A stretch of 52,237 nucleotides of DNA from a virus (Duplodnaviria > Caudoviricetes), in IMG/VR virus record IMGVR_UViG_3300025087_000090, positions 1 through 52,237 of that record. One strand, 5' to 3'. Under the pieces are notes generated by a model, which saw only the letters and a program-made list of their open reading frames with translations, ran no database searches and was not told the DNA's origin. Both the position numbers and the translations under genes were made by a program. Shown here piece after piece: positions 37,026 to 45,772 of the stretch (positions within the stretch are counted from its first letter, which is position 1; the number at the start of each line of letters is the position of its first letter).

Positions 37026-37272
37026 AGGCCCAATCCATCATGTACTCATCCTTTGCTCGAGACAACAAGCCAAGGTGTTCTCTCCTTGTAGTTCCTACCA
37101 CGTGCCAAAGGATTTGTTTGGTATACTCAGCCGTTTCATCAAAAAGTATGACAACGGCTTTTTTGATTTGAGGGTTTTCTTGAACCCTCTCTTTAACCTC
37201 ATCAAGCATATCTTCGATGGTATACAAACGAGCATCATTGTATTTGTCTGAAAGCTTAATTAGGTTAGACAT
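37006..37272 (-). CDS. Hypothetical protein
   Basis: Overlaps the terL stop; MSNLIKLSDK. Confidence 0.5.
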   Translation of the reverse strand: MSNLIKLSDKYNDARLYTIEDMLDEVKERVQENPQIKKAVVILFDETAEYTKQILWHVVGTTRREHLGLLSRAKDEYMMDWAFEHTHV

Positions 37273-38836
37273 TAGCAAACCTACTCTTCGCCTTAAGTTG
37301 ACTCCAATTTCCAAAATTCACCACGTTGTCATACTCTTCATCCTCTTCAAGAGGAAAGCCCATGGGAGCATAGCACTCACACTTCTCATCCCTTATTCGA
37401 CTTGCAGCGTCTAAACAGTCATCGTGGGAGGCGTATGGGAACAAAAGATACTCCTCCTCAAGGAACTCTTTGATAAGGTCTCGTCCATCAGTTTCAGAAG
37501 GGAGGACTTCAGGGAGGTAGACCTTATCATCTTCGAATAAGCCGATGAGCTTCCTAATACGATCTTCTTTTTTAAGAGTGCCTCCCATGGGCTCAATAGA
37601 GAAATAGATGCCATCAGAACGCATCTTAGATTCAAAGTATTGGATGTCAACTTGCATTCCATATTGCTCATAGTAGACCTTGATGATATGGGGGTATTTC
37701 ATCATAAAGCGTTTGAGAGTTCTCCACCTATCATAGATATTCAAACGCTCTCTGATAAGGTCTATAAGGAAGTAATTTCCAAGAGGATCAAGGCCCCATA
37801 GCCACATGACAGTAAAGTCCGACCCCTTTTTCTTAGCATTAGCAGGATCAACAAAGAGATAATAATTCATAGCCTGATTAGGCAACTGTCGATAGTACCT
37901 CAGCCAACCTCTTTTAAACTCCTGGGCCTCCTCTGCGACTGGGTCCAAAAGCATCTGGCAGTTGTAGATGTAAGTATTCCCATCACACACTACCTTCTTA
38001 AATTCATCCAATTCTCCTTGCGTCAAAAAAACACTGATTCCATTCTCTACCCCTTTTCTCACCCGTACTTCCCATGCCCCTGAGGAGATCATCTTAGCAT
38101 ATTGATCTGCAAAGTGGTAACGTGTGCCCACGGCCCATACTATACCACCTCTTGCACCCAAGAACTGAGAGAGTTTGAAAGCATCGTCTGTCTTTTTGAT
38201 CTGTTCGGGAGTGGTTACTGAGTCCTTGGTGACTACATCATCATAGTCCCGGATGGTGTAATGGCGGGAGGTGGGCATGCCGTCGACCAAGCCCCAGGCT
38301 TCAATAGAGGATTCGTTGTAAACCCCCTTCCTTTTGATAATAATCCCATCATCAAGAGACCATTTAGGAGATTGATTCTTAGGGTCTGAATAAAGAGCAT
38401 CAGGGAATAGGAGCTTTAAGAGCTCGTTGGTTTCAAAGGTGAGCTTAATGCGGTGAAGAAAAGCTTTGGCTATGCCGCGAGTATGGGAGAAGATGCAGAT
38501 CCGTTCCTCGGAGTTGAGGAGAAGCTTTTGGATGATTAGACCATAGGTGAGGATAGTGGACTTGAAATGCTCCCGAGACCAGAGGTCTAAGGTTCTATCA
38601 TGATTCTCTTCAACCTCTCTAATCCGAGCTACAATCCATGGATGATTAATGGCCTCTACGCCTAAGACAAAGTAGAGGAGAAAAAAGAGATCAGTTTGAC
38701 AAAGCCTTCGAGCCTCAGTGGCTATCTTATCGGGTTGATTATAGAGCGAATAGGCCATGAATTGATCACAGATAGAGCTATAGTCATTCTTGTAATCGGC
38801 TCCTTCTTGAGGACTAAATGAGAGTGTGAAGGTCAT
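37265..38836 (-). CDS. terL: Terminase large subunit
   Basis: SREHFKST (Walker A variant), YDDVV (Walker B), VGTRYH, FVDPA...SDFT, YYEQYG, HDDCLDA (RNase H-like nuclease). Confidence 0.92.
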   Translation of the reverse strand: MTFTLSFSPQEGADYKNDYSSICDQFMAYSLYNQPDKIATEARRLCQTDLFFLLYFVLGVEAINHPWIVARIREVEENHDRTLDLWSREHFKSTILTYGLIIQKLLLNSEERICIFSHTRGIAKAFLHRIKLTFETNELLKLLFPDALYSDPKNQSPKWSLDDGIIIKRKGVYNESSIEAWGLVDGMPTSRHYTIRDYDDVVTKDSVTTPEQIKKTDDAFKLSQFLGARGGIVWAVGTRYHFADQYAKMISSGAWEVRVRKGVENGISVFLTQGELDEFKKVVCDGNTYIYNCQMLLDPVAEEAQEFKRGWLRYYRQLPNQAMNYYLFVDPANAKKKGSDFTVMWLWGLDPLGNYFLIDLIRERLNIYDRWRTLKRFMMKYPHIIKVYYEQYGMQVDIQYFESKMRSDGIYFSIEPMGGTLKKEDRIRKLIGLFEDDKVYLPEVLPSETDGRDLIKEFLEEEYLLFPYASHDDCLDAASRIRDEKCECYAPMGFPLEEDEEYDNVVNFGNWSQLKAKSRFANV

Positions 38837-38837
38837 A

Positions 38838-39440
38838 TCACAATCCGAACTTCTTCTTAAGATCTTCAATCACCATAACAGGCATATCTCTAAGACCCAA
38901 TTTTTCAGCAACCATAGCTCTATGCCTACCTTCTTGTTCCCCATACATTCTATCAAGTACAGGCATGGGCATCTTTTCACCAGCTTGAGCCCTTTGAGTA
39001 TACTTACCTACTGTGGTTGTGTCTACTGCTCTCAGCTCCTGCTCTATACTTTTAGTACCACGACCTTCAAGTTTGAGTAGGTTCCTAATATAATCCATAG
39101 GTCCCATGATTTCAATGCTGACATTACGACCCTTCTTACTTGCATGGTATCCAGCATTTGTGAGCATATTATCATACATGGGCATATCGGTCGTTTCAGT
39201 ATTAAAATAGTTCTTCCATTTCATCTTTGGATCACTACCAAGAAATCCACTTAAGAAGAGTCCCATACCACTACCCATGCCTCCTACCAAATCTGTCCCA
39301 CTCGGAGCAGCTTCTCTCCAATCAAACTCCTGAGCATTAGTCCTCCCTGGCCATGGGCCTACATCCCCAAGAGTCTGTTTCCTATCCTCATAAACCCCTG
39401 GGTCCATAAGAGCCAACATTTTTTCCAGACCAGAGAGCAT
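38838..39440 (-). CDS. ParB/Srx-like domain protein
   Basis: GEKMPMPVLD...QEGRHRAMVAEKLG..DMPV. Confidence 0.6.
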   Translation of the reverse strand: MLSGLEKMLALMDPGVYEDRKQTLGDVGPWPGRTNAQEFDWREAAPSGTDLVGGMGSGMGLFLSGFLGSDPKMKWKNYFNTETTDMPMYDNMLTNAGYHASKKGRNVSIEIMGPMDYIRNLLKLEGRGTKSIEQELRAVDTTTVGKYTQRAQAGEKMPMPVLDRMYGEQEGRHRAMVAEKLGLRDMPVMVIEDLKKKFGL

Positions 39441-39444
39441 CTCT

Positions 39445-39771
39445 CTACTCCACCTCTTTCGCCACCGGAAACATCCCTATCAAGGCCATGGCAGTGATAG
39501 AGTGGTCTATCTTTACATCTCTTGAGTTATCCAACGAAGATATAACCTTCGCCGCCCTCTCTAACCCCAACCCTGCCGCTTCACTCTCCACATCCGTAGC
39601 CTCCACCCCATCAAGCACCCGATGTAACAACCTCTCCCTTCTCTGCTTGACACTCTTTTGGGTGACTACTATTGGCCCCGATGGGCTCCCACACGCTTCC
39701 AGGAACTCATCCTCTGTTTGGACCACTATACACTCTTGGACTTGAGGTTCTTCTTCCTGTTGCATGGGCAT
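39445..39771 (-). CDS. First gene of the late arm, possible terminase small subunit
   Basis: Position upstream of terL and size only. Confidence 0.35.
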   Translation of the reverse strand: MPMQQEEEPQVQECIVVQTEDEFLEACGSPSGPIVVTQKSVKQRRERLLHRVLDGVEATDVESEAAGLGLERAAKVISSLDNSRDVKIDHSITAMALIGMFPVAKEVE

Positions 39772-39804
39772 CTCTCTACCCCTCCCCATAACTAAGGATA
39801 ACAC

Positions 39805-41050
39805 ATTTGAATTCCAATGGGGAGGGACTTAATGTTCAAAAAATATAAACACTTTATAAAGCTATATTGCAAGATGAATGGGCCTTTTCCTCTCCCCACC
39901 CCCGGTCCTATCCTGGGGGTCATGGGGTGGGGTAGAGTACTATGGTTCATTAGAGTACTCTTGCTTGTAAACTTTGGTCTTTATGTTTTTATAGTTATAT
40001 ATAAAACACTCTATGTTATGAGGACTATAAGGCAGTAGGATGTGGTTGGAATTAATGGGGAATTAATTCCTACCATGCTGGTATGGATTGCTTAACCCAC
40101 TTAGCCCATGGGTTCCCTATGTAACCCCTTTATATCATTACCTTTTTAGCGTAATAAAAACGGATAATTGGTAAGCTATGGACTTTACTCACCTTTCTCC
40201 TTTTTTTCTCAAAAAATATCCAGCGTAATAAAAAATTAATACAAGAGCCCCATGGGGTCTAAGTGTCTAATATCACTCCCCTTTACCCCAAATAAAATTT
40301 AAAATTAATAAAATATCCAGTTTTAGGTCGGATATGCCCCTTTTTCGAACACTTTCTTCGAATCTGAACACTTTAAGGCCGCTCTACCCATAGCGCTCTA
40401 CTGTTCACGCAGAGCACTCTTAGTGTTTAAAATATAAAAAAAAATAAACAAAGAGTAATATATACCTGGATAATAGCCCTCTTTAGTGTTCAAAAAAAGG
40501 CCCTTTTCGGAGAGTGGAGATATTTTATTATTCTTAGTGATATTAAGGGGTTAGTGTGTTATTGCATTGGATATTTTTTACTACACCGATAAAATGAAGG
40601 ATTTCAGGGGGTTAGGGAGGGAGGATTTTGGAGAATTGTGGACTTTGGTGCGATATGATGAACCTATGTTCATAAAACGACTTTTCAGAAAAAATTAGTT
40701 TACTAAATAAAGTGTTTACAATGGGGTAAGTAAGTGGTTTCACTAACCTTTTCACCCATTTTTGCCGTAGAAAATGGGGCTTTGAGGTCTAACTGTTTTA
40801 TTTTTTTGAACAGGATTTAAAATGACGTAAAATGTTCTTAAGATATCATAGCAATTTGATATGAATTGATTTAAGCCCCATGACAAGCCTGTAAGGACCG
40901 GCCTGGAGATTTGCCCGCCTTGCGCCCCATGCGCCCAGCCACGCCAGCCAAACGAAGGATTCTGACCCATTTAATAGCCCATTATAGGCAATAAAAAAGG
41001 GCCGCCCGATTAGCGGCCCTGGAACGGATAACACTTCCTATATAGTAACA
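39805..41050. other. AT-rich non-coding control region (candidate origin, packaging or genome-end region)
   Basis: No credible ORFs; A/T tracts; four copies of an 18-bp motif; half-sites of the 21-bp palindrome. Confidence 0.55.
40993..41020 (-). terminator. Intrinsic terminator of the small leftward operon
   Basis: Minus strand AGGGCCGC-taatcgg-GCGGCCCT followed by TTTTT. Confidence 0.8.
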
Positions 41051-41054
41051 ATTA

Positions 41055-41294
41055 TCAAATAGCCTGTAGCACTCTGGCCGTTTCATACAGCCTATCCCTA
41101 ATAGCTCTCAGCTTAGGAATAGCTACCTTGTCATATTCACTCTTTTTCATTCTCCCATTCTGCCACAAGGTCTTATAGTACTCTGTTTCAGCGTGATAGC
41201 TCTCCCATAGGTAGGCGAATTGTTTACTCAAAATCTCTTTATCAGAGAGTGGTAAGTTTTCCATGGCCTTTTGAAGCCGTTTAGCGGATAGCAT
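41055..41294 (-). CDS. Hypothetical early protein
   Basis: SD AGGAGG. Confidence 0.6.
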   Translation of the reverse strand: MLSAKRLQKAMENLPLSDKEILSKQFAYLWESYHAETEYYKTLWQNGRMKKSEYDKVAIPKLRAIRDRLYETARVLQAI

Positions 41295-41297
41295 CTT

Positions 41298-41447
41298 TCA
41301 ATCCTCCTGTTTAGGTTGGGGCCAAATGATAATAAACCTACTTCCAGGAATACCGTTTATACAATAGGAAAGTAAAATACCATTCCTATCATAATGGGTA
41401 TCAAAAAACCAAAACTTTCCAATTTTAACCTTTTTAAAACCTCTCAT
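41298..41447 (-). CDS. Hypothetical 49-aa protein
   Basis: SD GGGAGG; MRGFKKVKIGKFWFFD... Confidence 0.5.
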   Translation of the reverse strand: MRGFKKVKIGKFWFFDTHYDRNGILLSYCINGIPGSRFIIIWPQPKQED

Positions 41448-41461
41448 ATTTCCTCCCATGT

Positions 41462-41494
41462 AAAAGGGGAGAGTGCTATAAAAGCCACTCTCCC
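41462..41494 (-). terminator. Intrinsic terminator after the 41891-41502 gene
   Basis: GGGAGAGTG / CACTCTCCC stem, followed by CTTTT on the minus strand. Confidence 0.65.
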
Positions 41495-41501
41495 TATTGG
41501 A

Positions 41502-41891
41502 TTACACCTGGGCCAGCAAGTCCTTTGCACTCTGTTCCGTGGTGGCGCACATAGCCGTGATTTTGTCGGTGGTCAGCTCATGGCTCGGGTTCTTAATCAT
41601 ATAAGCCTTGAGAACCCTATCGACATCACCCTTTGCTAACTTAAACAAGGTTTGAATCAAAGCCTTGTCTATGGTCTTACCCGCCGGTGCAGCAGCACCC
41701 AGGGGCTTCACATCATAGAGCTTACAATACTCCCGAATCCTCTCACTTCGGAATTTGTTCGTAAGCTTGATATCCCCTTTGCTCTCATCGGGAACCGGGA
41801 AGCGGAAAGAGACCGCTTCAAAATTCCCGTCAGACTCCATGCCGGGTTTATAATTCTCCACTTTGAAAGAAACATAATCGCCTTTAGCCAT
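41502..41891 (-). CDS. Hypothetical early protein
   Basis: SD AAGGAG; first gene after the leftward sigma-54-type promoter. Confidence 0.7.
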   Translation of the reverse strand: MAKGDYVSFKVENYKPGMESDGNFEAVSFRFPVPDESKGDIKLTNKFRSERIREYCKLYDVKPLGAAAPAGKTIDKALIQTLFKLAKGDVDRVLKAYMIKNPSHELTTDKITAMCATTEQSAKDLLAQV

Positions 41892-41942
41892 AAATAGAAC
41901 TCCTTTTAGAGAAATTAGGTTTTTGAATCTGATATATAACTA

Positions 41943-41958
41943 TGCACACACCATGCCA
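41943..41958 (-). promoter_or_regulatory. Sigma-54 (-24/-12) promoter, leftward
   Basis: Minus strand TGGCATGGTGTGTGCA, GG-N10-GC, about 50 bp upstream of ATG 41891. Confidence 0.6.
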
Positions 41959-42128
41959 TAGGACTATGGAGAGAGGGAAATAATTCTTTCATAAGTGCCT
42001 AATATCATTACAGAAAACAAACCACTTTTGCCAAACTGCTCAAAATTTAATCTAAATGTTTCAAAATCTTAACATTCATTTTCAAGAAAGTTTACAAATT
42101 AACCCATTTCAGCCAAAATCCCCAATAA

Positions 42129-42141
42129 AATCAATCACTTA
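42129..42141 (+). promoter_or_regulatory. IHF-binding consensus
   Basis: AATCAATCACTTA matches WATCAANNNNTTR, midway between the divergent promoters. Confidence 0.5.
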
Positions 42142-42296
42142 CCTCAGTATTACTTTTTGAACCAAAATCACCCCCTTTGTTCACCTATTAAAACATAGAG
42201 CACTATTTTGCCCATACTCTCCTGGATAACTCGGTTTAGAGTGGTAAACTATTGAAATCATTAAAGAAATTGAATTTTGCCTAATTTTGCCCATTT

Positions 42297-42312
42297 TGGC
42301 ATAACCCTTGCA
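42297..42312 (+). promoter_or_regulatory. Sigma-54 (-24/-12) promoter, rightward
   Basis: TGGCATAACCCTTGCA matches TGGCAY-N5-TTGCW. Confidence 0.72.
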
Positions 42313-42451
42313 ATTAAGATTATCCATTATATGTGCGCCCCATGGCCGGGTTCAGCCATGGCAGGGAATCAAATGTTCATAAAAGATAAACACTTTAAGA
42401 GTGTTATAATATTGGAAAGAGCACAAGGTAAGCTAAAAGGAGCCCTTTAAA

Positions 42452-42649
42452 ATGAACTCTTCAAATCCGACTCGCTTTGTCAGACTCTCCAAAGCGACAA
42501 GAGAGGAGGTGCATTTCTCAAAGAGTACTTTGTACAAGTGGCATAGTAAAGGAATTTTTCCAGGGCTGTTTAGTTTGGTGAAAGGCACTCTATTTGTGGA
42601 TAAGATGGCTTTGGAGGAGTTAATTTTAAGCGGGGTTAAACCAAGGTAA
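42452..42649 (+). CDS. AlpA/excisionase-like helix-turn-helix protein
   Basis: FSKSTLYKWHSKGIFP; first gene of the early arm; SD AAGGAG. Confidence 0.7.
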   Translation: MNSSNPTRFVRLSKATREEVHFSKSTLYKWHSKGIFPGLFSLVKGTLFVDKMALEELILSGVKPR

Positions 42650-42662
42650 GAAGAGGCAATAG

Positions 42663-42995
42663 ATGAATAAAGAACTCATAATCTGCGAGTGTCTCCGCGA
42701 GCTCCAAATCTCCGAAAAGTCAACCTGCCCAAAGTGCAGCAGAGAAATCCTCACCTCCAAGGAATTAAGAGAGTTGCAGAGAGGGCTTGACACTCAAATC
42801 TGTAACCTCAAGATTCAATCCCAAAAGATAACTATAGAGTTATCTCTCCGCTCCATGAGAAAACCTTCAAGACCATATCTGGTCGAGAGCGACTTCTATG
42901 ACAAACTCCGAGGAAAGAATAATCCAGTGACTAAGAAAGAAAGAACAAGACAGGAATTAAGTGCCGAGGCCAGGACGTTGTTGGAAATGGTGTAA
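42663..42995 (+). CDS. Hypothetical zinc-ribbon/coiled-coil protein
   Basis: CEC...CPKC. Confidence 0.55.
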   Translation: MNKELIICECLRELQISEKSTCPKCSREILTSKELRELQRGLDTQICNLKIQSQKITIELSLRSMRKPSRPYLVESDFYDKLRGKNNPVTKKERTRQELSAEARTLLEMV

Positions 42996-43015
42996 AAGAG
43001 AAAAGGAGAAATAAG

Positions 43016-43282
43016 ATGAGTTCTAATCTGCCTCCTGGAATCACAAACTCCATGATAGAAGATCAAGTTCCCTCTATCGAGGATGATAATAAGTTCGAAA
43101 ACCTTTGCAATGAGCTCGAGGCCATAGTAGACAAACATTGTCTCTATGAAGTTGTTCAAGCCTTGTCCTATATAGCATGGACAAAGTCGGACCATGTGTT
43201 AACTACTTGGCAAGACACCCTCTCGTCAGAGCTTTGGAAAAGTGCTGCCTTTAAACTTGATGGTCTTAATATTCAAGTCTAA
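43016..43282 (+). CDS. Hypothetical protein
   Basis: SD AAGGAG; MSSNLPPG. Confidence 0.6.
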   Translation: MSSNLPPGITNSMIEDQVPSIEDDNKFENLCNELEAIVDKHCLYEVVQALSYIAWTKSDHVLTTWQDTLSSELWKSAAFKLDGLNIQV

Positions 43283-43303
43283 AGTGTTCATATTATGAAC
43301 ATT
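43283..43303. promoter_or_regulatory. 21-bp palindromic element, copy 5
   Basis: AGTGTTCATATTATGAACATT followed by AAAGGAG. Confidence 0.75.
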
Positions 43304-43318
43304 AAAGGAGCCTATATA

Positions 43319-43708
43319 ATGGGAAGAATAATCTCTAGAGAGGATTTAAAAAACTTGGATGATAAGTATCCAGGTTGGCCTACTGAGCATGATGACTTTT
43401 TTCGCACAACTTGTTACCCAAATATTAAACCCTCTATAAAACCAGAACTTACAAACATTCTTATAGTTTGGCACCATGGCCCATGTGAAGAGGCAGAGCA
43501 AGTTTTTTGTACCTGTGAAATGAAAGATCGCACTTTAGTACAACATGATTCCCATCTGTTGGTAAATGCCCATTTTGTGACTATGAAGATTAAAGGAGAT
43601 TCTTATGCCCACCCGCACCATCCCCTCAAAGGACCAAGTCCTCAAAGCGGCCGCCTCTTGTCCTCAAACCAAAGAGGCATTGAAGATTTTGTTTCCTCAG
43701 GATTTTGA
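43319..43708 (+). CDS. Hypothetical protein
   Basis: SD AAGGAG; 3' end overlaps the next ORF by about 100 nt. Confidence 0.5.
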   Translation: MGRIISREDLKNLDDKYPGWPTEHDDFFRTTCYPNIKPSIKPELTNILIVWHHGPCEEAEQVFCTCEMKDRTLVQHDSHLLVNAHFVTMKIKGDSYAHPHHPLKGPSPQSGRLLSSNQRGIEDFVSSGF

Positions 43709-43925
43709 GGAAGAGAAGATTGTCTTTGGCCTGTACAGAGACCAAGATGGCGTTCCTTATATGTTAGCTCCTGCCGGCGACTCTGGATTCGACATCGCTC
43801 GATTAGTGACTCCGGAAGGGTCTATAAGGTGTCCCCACGATGCGACATTTGTGTTCAATCTGAGATCTCCTAAAGACCTCACCACTCTAAAAACCATCCT
43901 CAAAGATTTAAGAAGGGTGGACTAA
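43605..43925 (+). CDS. Hypothetical protein
   Basis: SD AAGGAG; KDQVLKAAASCPQTKEALKILFP. Confidence 0.6.
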   Translation: MPTRTIPSKDQVLKAAASCPQTKEALKILFPQDFEEEKIVFGLYRDQDGVPYMLAPAGDSGFDIARLVTPEGSIRCPHDATFVFNLRSPKDLTTLKTILKDLRRVD

Positions 43926-43929
43926 TTCT

Positions 43930-44745
43930 ATGAAACTCCCCACCTCTCCTCAATCGCCCAACCTCTCTCCGCACGCCTTCAACTGGCTCTTCATGGGAGC
44001 CACAGATGGTATAGGGAAGAGCTCCATGTTGGCCTCTGTAAATTACTCACTCTCAGATAATGAGCCCAAACCACTCTTAATCCTTGATCCCGACCAATCC
44101 TGCAAAGCTCTCCCTGGTTATATCCTCGACATCTTAACTTGGAGAGACGCCTTAGAAGTCCTCCGCATGGTTAAAAGTGGAAAGGAGGATTTGTCTCTTT
44201 ATTCAGGAATTGGAATAGATAACCTCAATATATTCCATGATAAGCTCTTTGAGGACTTCGTTCGTCGTGAGAAGCACCCTGGTGACGCTAATGACATGGG
44301 GAAAACTTGGAATAAGCTTACAAGAGAGTGGACCTCATGGCTCAGGGACATACGCATAGCCTCCCCTGGACTCTTCATGGCCACTTGCCACTCTAATATC
44401 ATAGAGCTCAAGATCAAAAACACTCCCTTCAACCGCTACGTCCCTGCCATTCCTGGAGGTGGGCCAAGGGGTGCCTACCGGCAAACCATGGAAATGTTTG
44501 ACATCATTGGGTTCCTCACCAAAGAGGGTAGTGAAGAAGCAACCAAACCACCCAAAGACGCCAGAGCAGATACACTTGCCATCGTAGCTAAGGAGCAGGT
44601 AGTTATCCACTTCCTCCCATGTCAATATTGGGAGGCAAAGGATAACTCTCGTCAACTGCCCCATAAGATAGTGCTCTCAGAGGATTGGAAAGAGGATTGG
44701 AATGCTATTCTTGGTAAATGGGGACCAGAGAATTGGGAGAAGTAA
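43930..44745 (+). CDS. AAA_24 / Sak4-like ATPase (single-strand annealing recombinase)
   Basis: GATDGIGKSS (Walker A), LILDPD, GIDNL (Walker B), TCH, FDIIGFL, AKDNS. Confidence 0.8.
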   Translation: MKLPTSPQSPNLSPHAFNWLFMGATDGIGKSSMLASVNYSLSDNEPKPLLILDPDQSCKALPGYILDILTWRDALEVLRMVKSGKEDLSLYSGIGIDNLNIFHDKLFEDFVRREKHPGDANDMGKTWNKLTREWTSWLRDIRIASPGLFMATCHSNIIELKIKNTPFNRYVPAIPGGGPRGAYRQTMEMFDIIGFLTKEGSEEATKPPKDARADTLAIVAKEQVVIHFLPCQYWEAKDNSRQLPHKIVLSEDWKEDWNAILGKWGPENWEK

Positions 44746-44757
44746 GCTCTTTGAAAA
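44746..44757 (+). promoter_or_regulatory. boxA-like antitermination element
   Basis: GCTCTTTGAAAA resembles rrn boxA (TGCTCTTTAACA); heads the non-coding array. Confidence 0.55.
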
Positions 44758-44769
44758 CCGAATAAGAAT

Positions 44770-45400
44770 TGCGCTGAGGGGTGGATGGGAAAGCCCATGG
44801 GAGTTGCGCCTGACAGCAACACACCCCAAGGTGCATACGATTTTGCGCTAATGAAGCGGCGGGCGTGGACGTGCCACGCTGAATAACGGCTAACCCTGGA
44901 TACTGGCTCGGGTCTTGAGGATGTGCTTGAATGCCAGGCCCGCTTCGGAGGCGCATACGATTTCCTGGACCTGGCTCTTTTTCTACCCCTGAAACCGGGA
45001 AGTCCGAGCCGTAAGAGACATGCAGCCCGTAAGTGAGGGTAGCCCCCGGGGGACGCCCTGGGCAGGCAGAGGCTGAAAACGGGGAAATGTGCCGGTGAAC
45101 TATTCCAGGTCCAGGGATTCATTTCAAAGTTTCCTATCGTCTGGCGGCGTGGCAGGCATGTTCACGCTGGGTAAGGGTAGGGCAAATATGCCTTATTAAA
45201 CTGTGGATGGTGGTGCCAGAGTGGGGAATCCTGGCCTAAACGATAGGGAAGTTTTAACGAAGTACCCCGTTATGATTTGTGGGGTGGATAGTAGAAATCT
45301 ATTGCAAGCATGGACGAGGTGCACCAAATCCATGCCCAGAGACTCTGGGTTAATGACCCGAACACCCCAGACCCTTTAACGAAGTGCCCCAACGGGCAAG
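44770..45400 (+). ncRNA. Tandem array of five structured non-coding RNA units
   Basis: Each unit is closed by its own long-range stem, and units are separated by short repeated A/U-rich linkers. No SD-led ORF on the plus strand. Confidence 0.7.
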
Positions 45401-45542
45401 TGGCTTATTTTATTAACTCCTAAGAGGAGCCCATGAGGACGTGCCAGAGCTCATGAGCTCCAAGGAGGAAAAGAAGATGAGATATGTTTATGGACAGAGT
45501 GGAGGCATTGAAAGCGAATACTAAAGCCAAAAGGAGAAACCC

Positions 45543-45770
45543 ATGTCCCTAACCAACGAACAACTCCAAGACATTCAATCCCTACTCGACGACGGTAACG
45601 AACTTACCATGTGGAAAACCTCAAAGGACGCAACCGGAGATTTAAAGGACAAATATGGTTGTGCTTTCTTCAACCCATCCTTTGAAGACCCCCCTCAGAC
45701 CTCTGATGATGCTGAGTATGGGTTTACTGTTCAAAGTGCTATTGAAAGAGCTTTAAGGAGGTGGAGGTAA
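45543..45770 (+). CDS. Hypothetical protein
   Basis: SD AAGGAG. Confidence 0.6.
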   Translation: MSLTNEQLQDIQSLLDDGNELTMWKTSKDATGDLKDKYGCAFFNPSFEDPPQTSDDAEYGFTVQSAIERALRRWR

Positions 45771-45772
45771 AA

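Noticed and set aside
39817-41034. Short ORFs in the control region (39817-40038, 40752-40970, 40846-41034)
   Set aside because: No convincing SD, low-complexity AT-rich sequence, and overlap with regulatory repeats or the terminator.
42452-42649. Excisionase implying a temperate lifestyle
   Set aside because: No tyrosine or serine integrase and no CI-like repressor recognisable; more likely a transcription regulator.
45005-45040. GAGCCGTAAG as group II intron domain V
   Set aside because: The complementary 3' half of domain V is absent and no reverse transcriptase is encoded.
44652-45122. 156-aa minus-strand ORF over the RNA array
   Set aside because: Antisense to the whole arm, no SD, composition typical of a GC-rich shadow frame.
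45253-45400. TTTAACGAAGTRCCCC and GCATACGATTT repeats as a mini-CRISPR array, given the Cas4-like nuclease
   Set aside because: Only two short copies of each, separated by 105-110 nt of structured sequence rather than 30-40 nt spacers. The nuclease fits an ordinary phage recombination exonuclease working with Sak4 and SSB.
45447-45460. Perfect 14-bp palindrome GAGCTCATGAGCTC
   Set aside because: Single copy apart from a partial echo at ~45427; cannot be distinguished from chance or from the tail of the RNA array.
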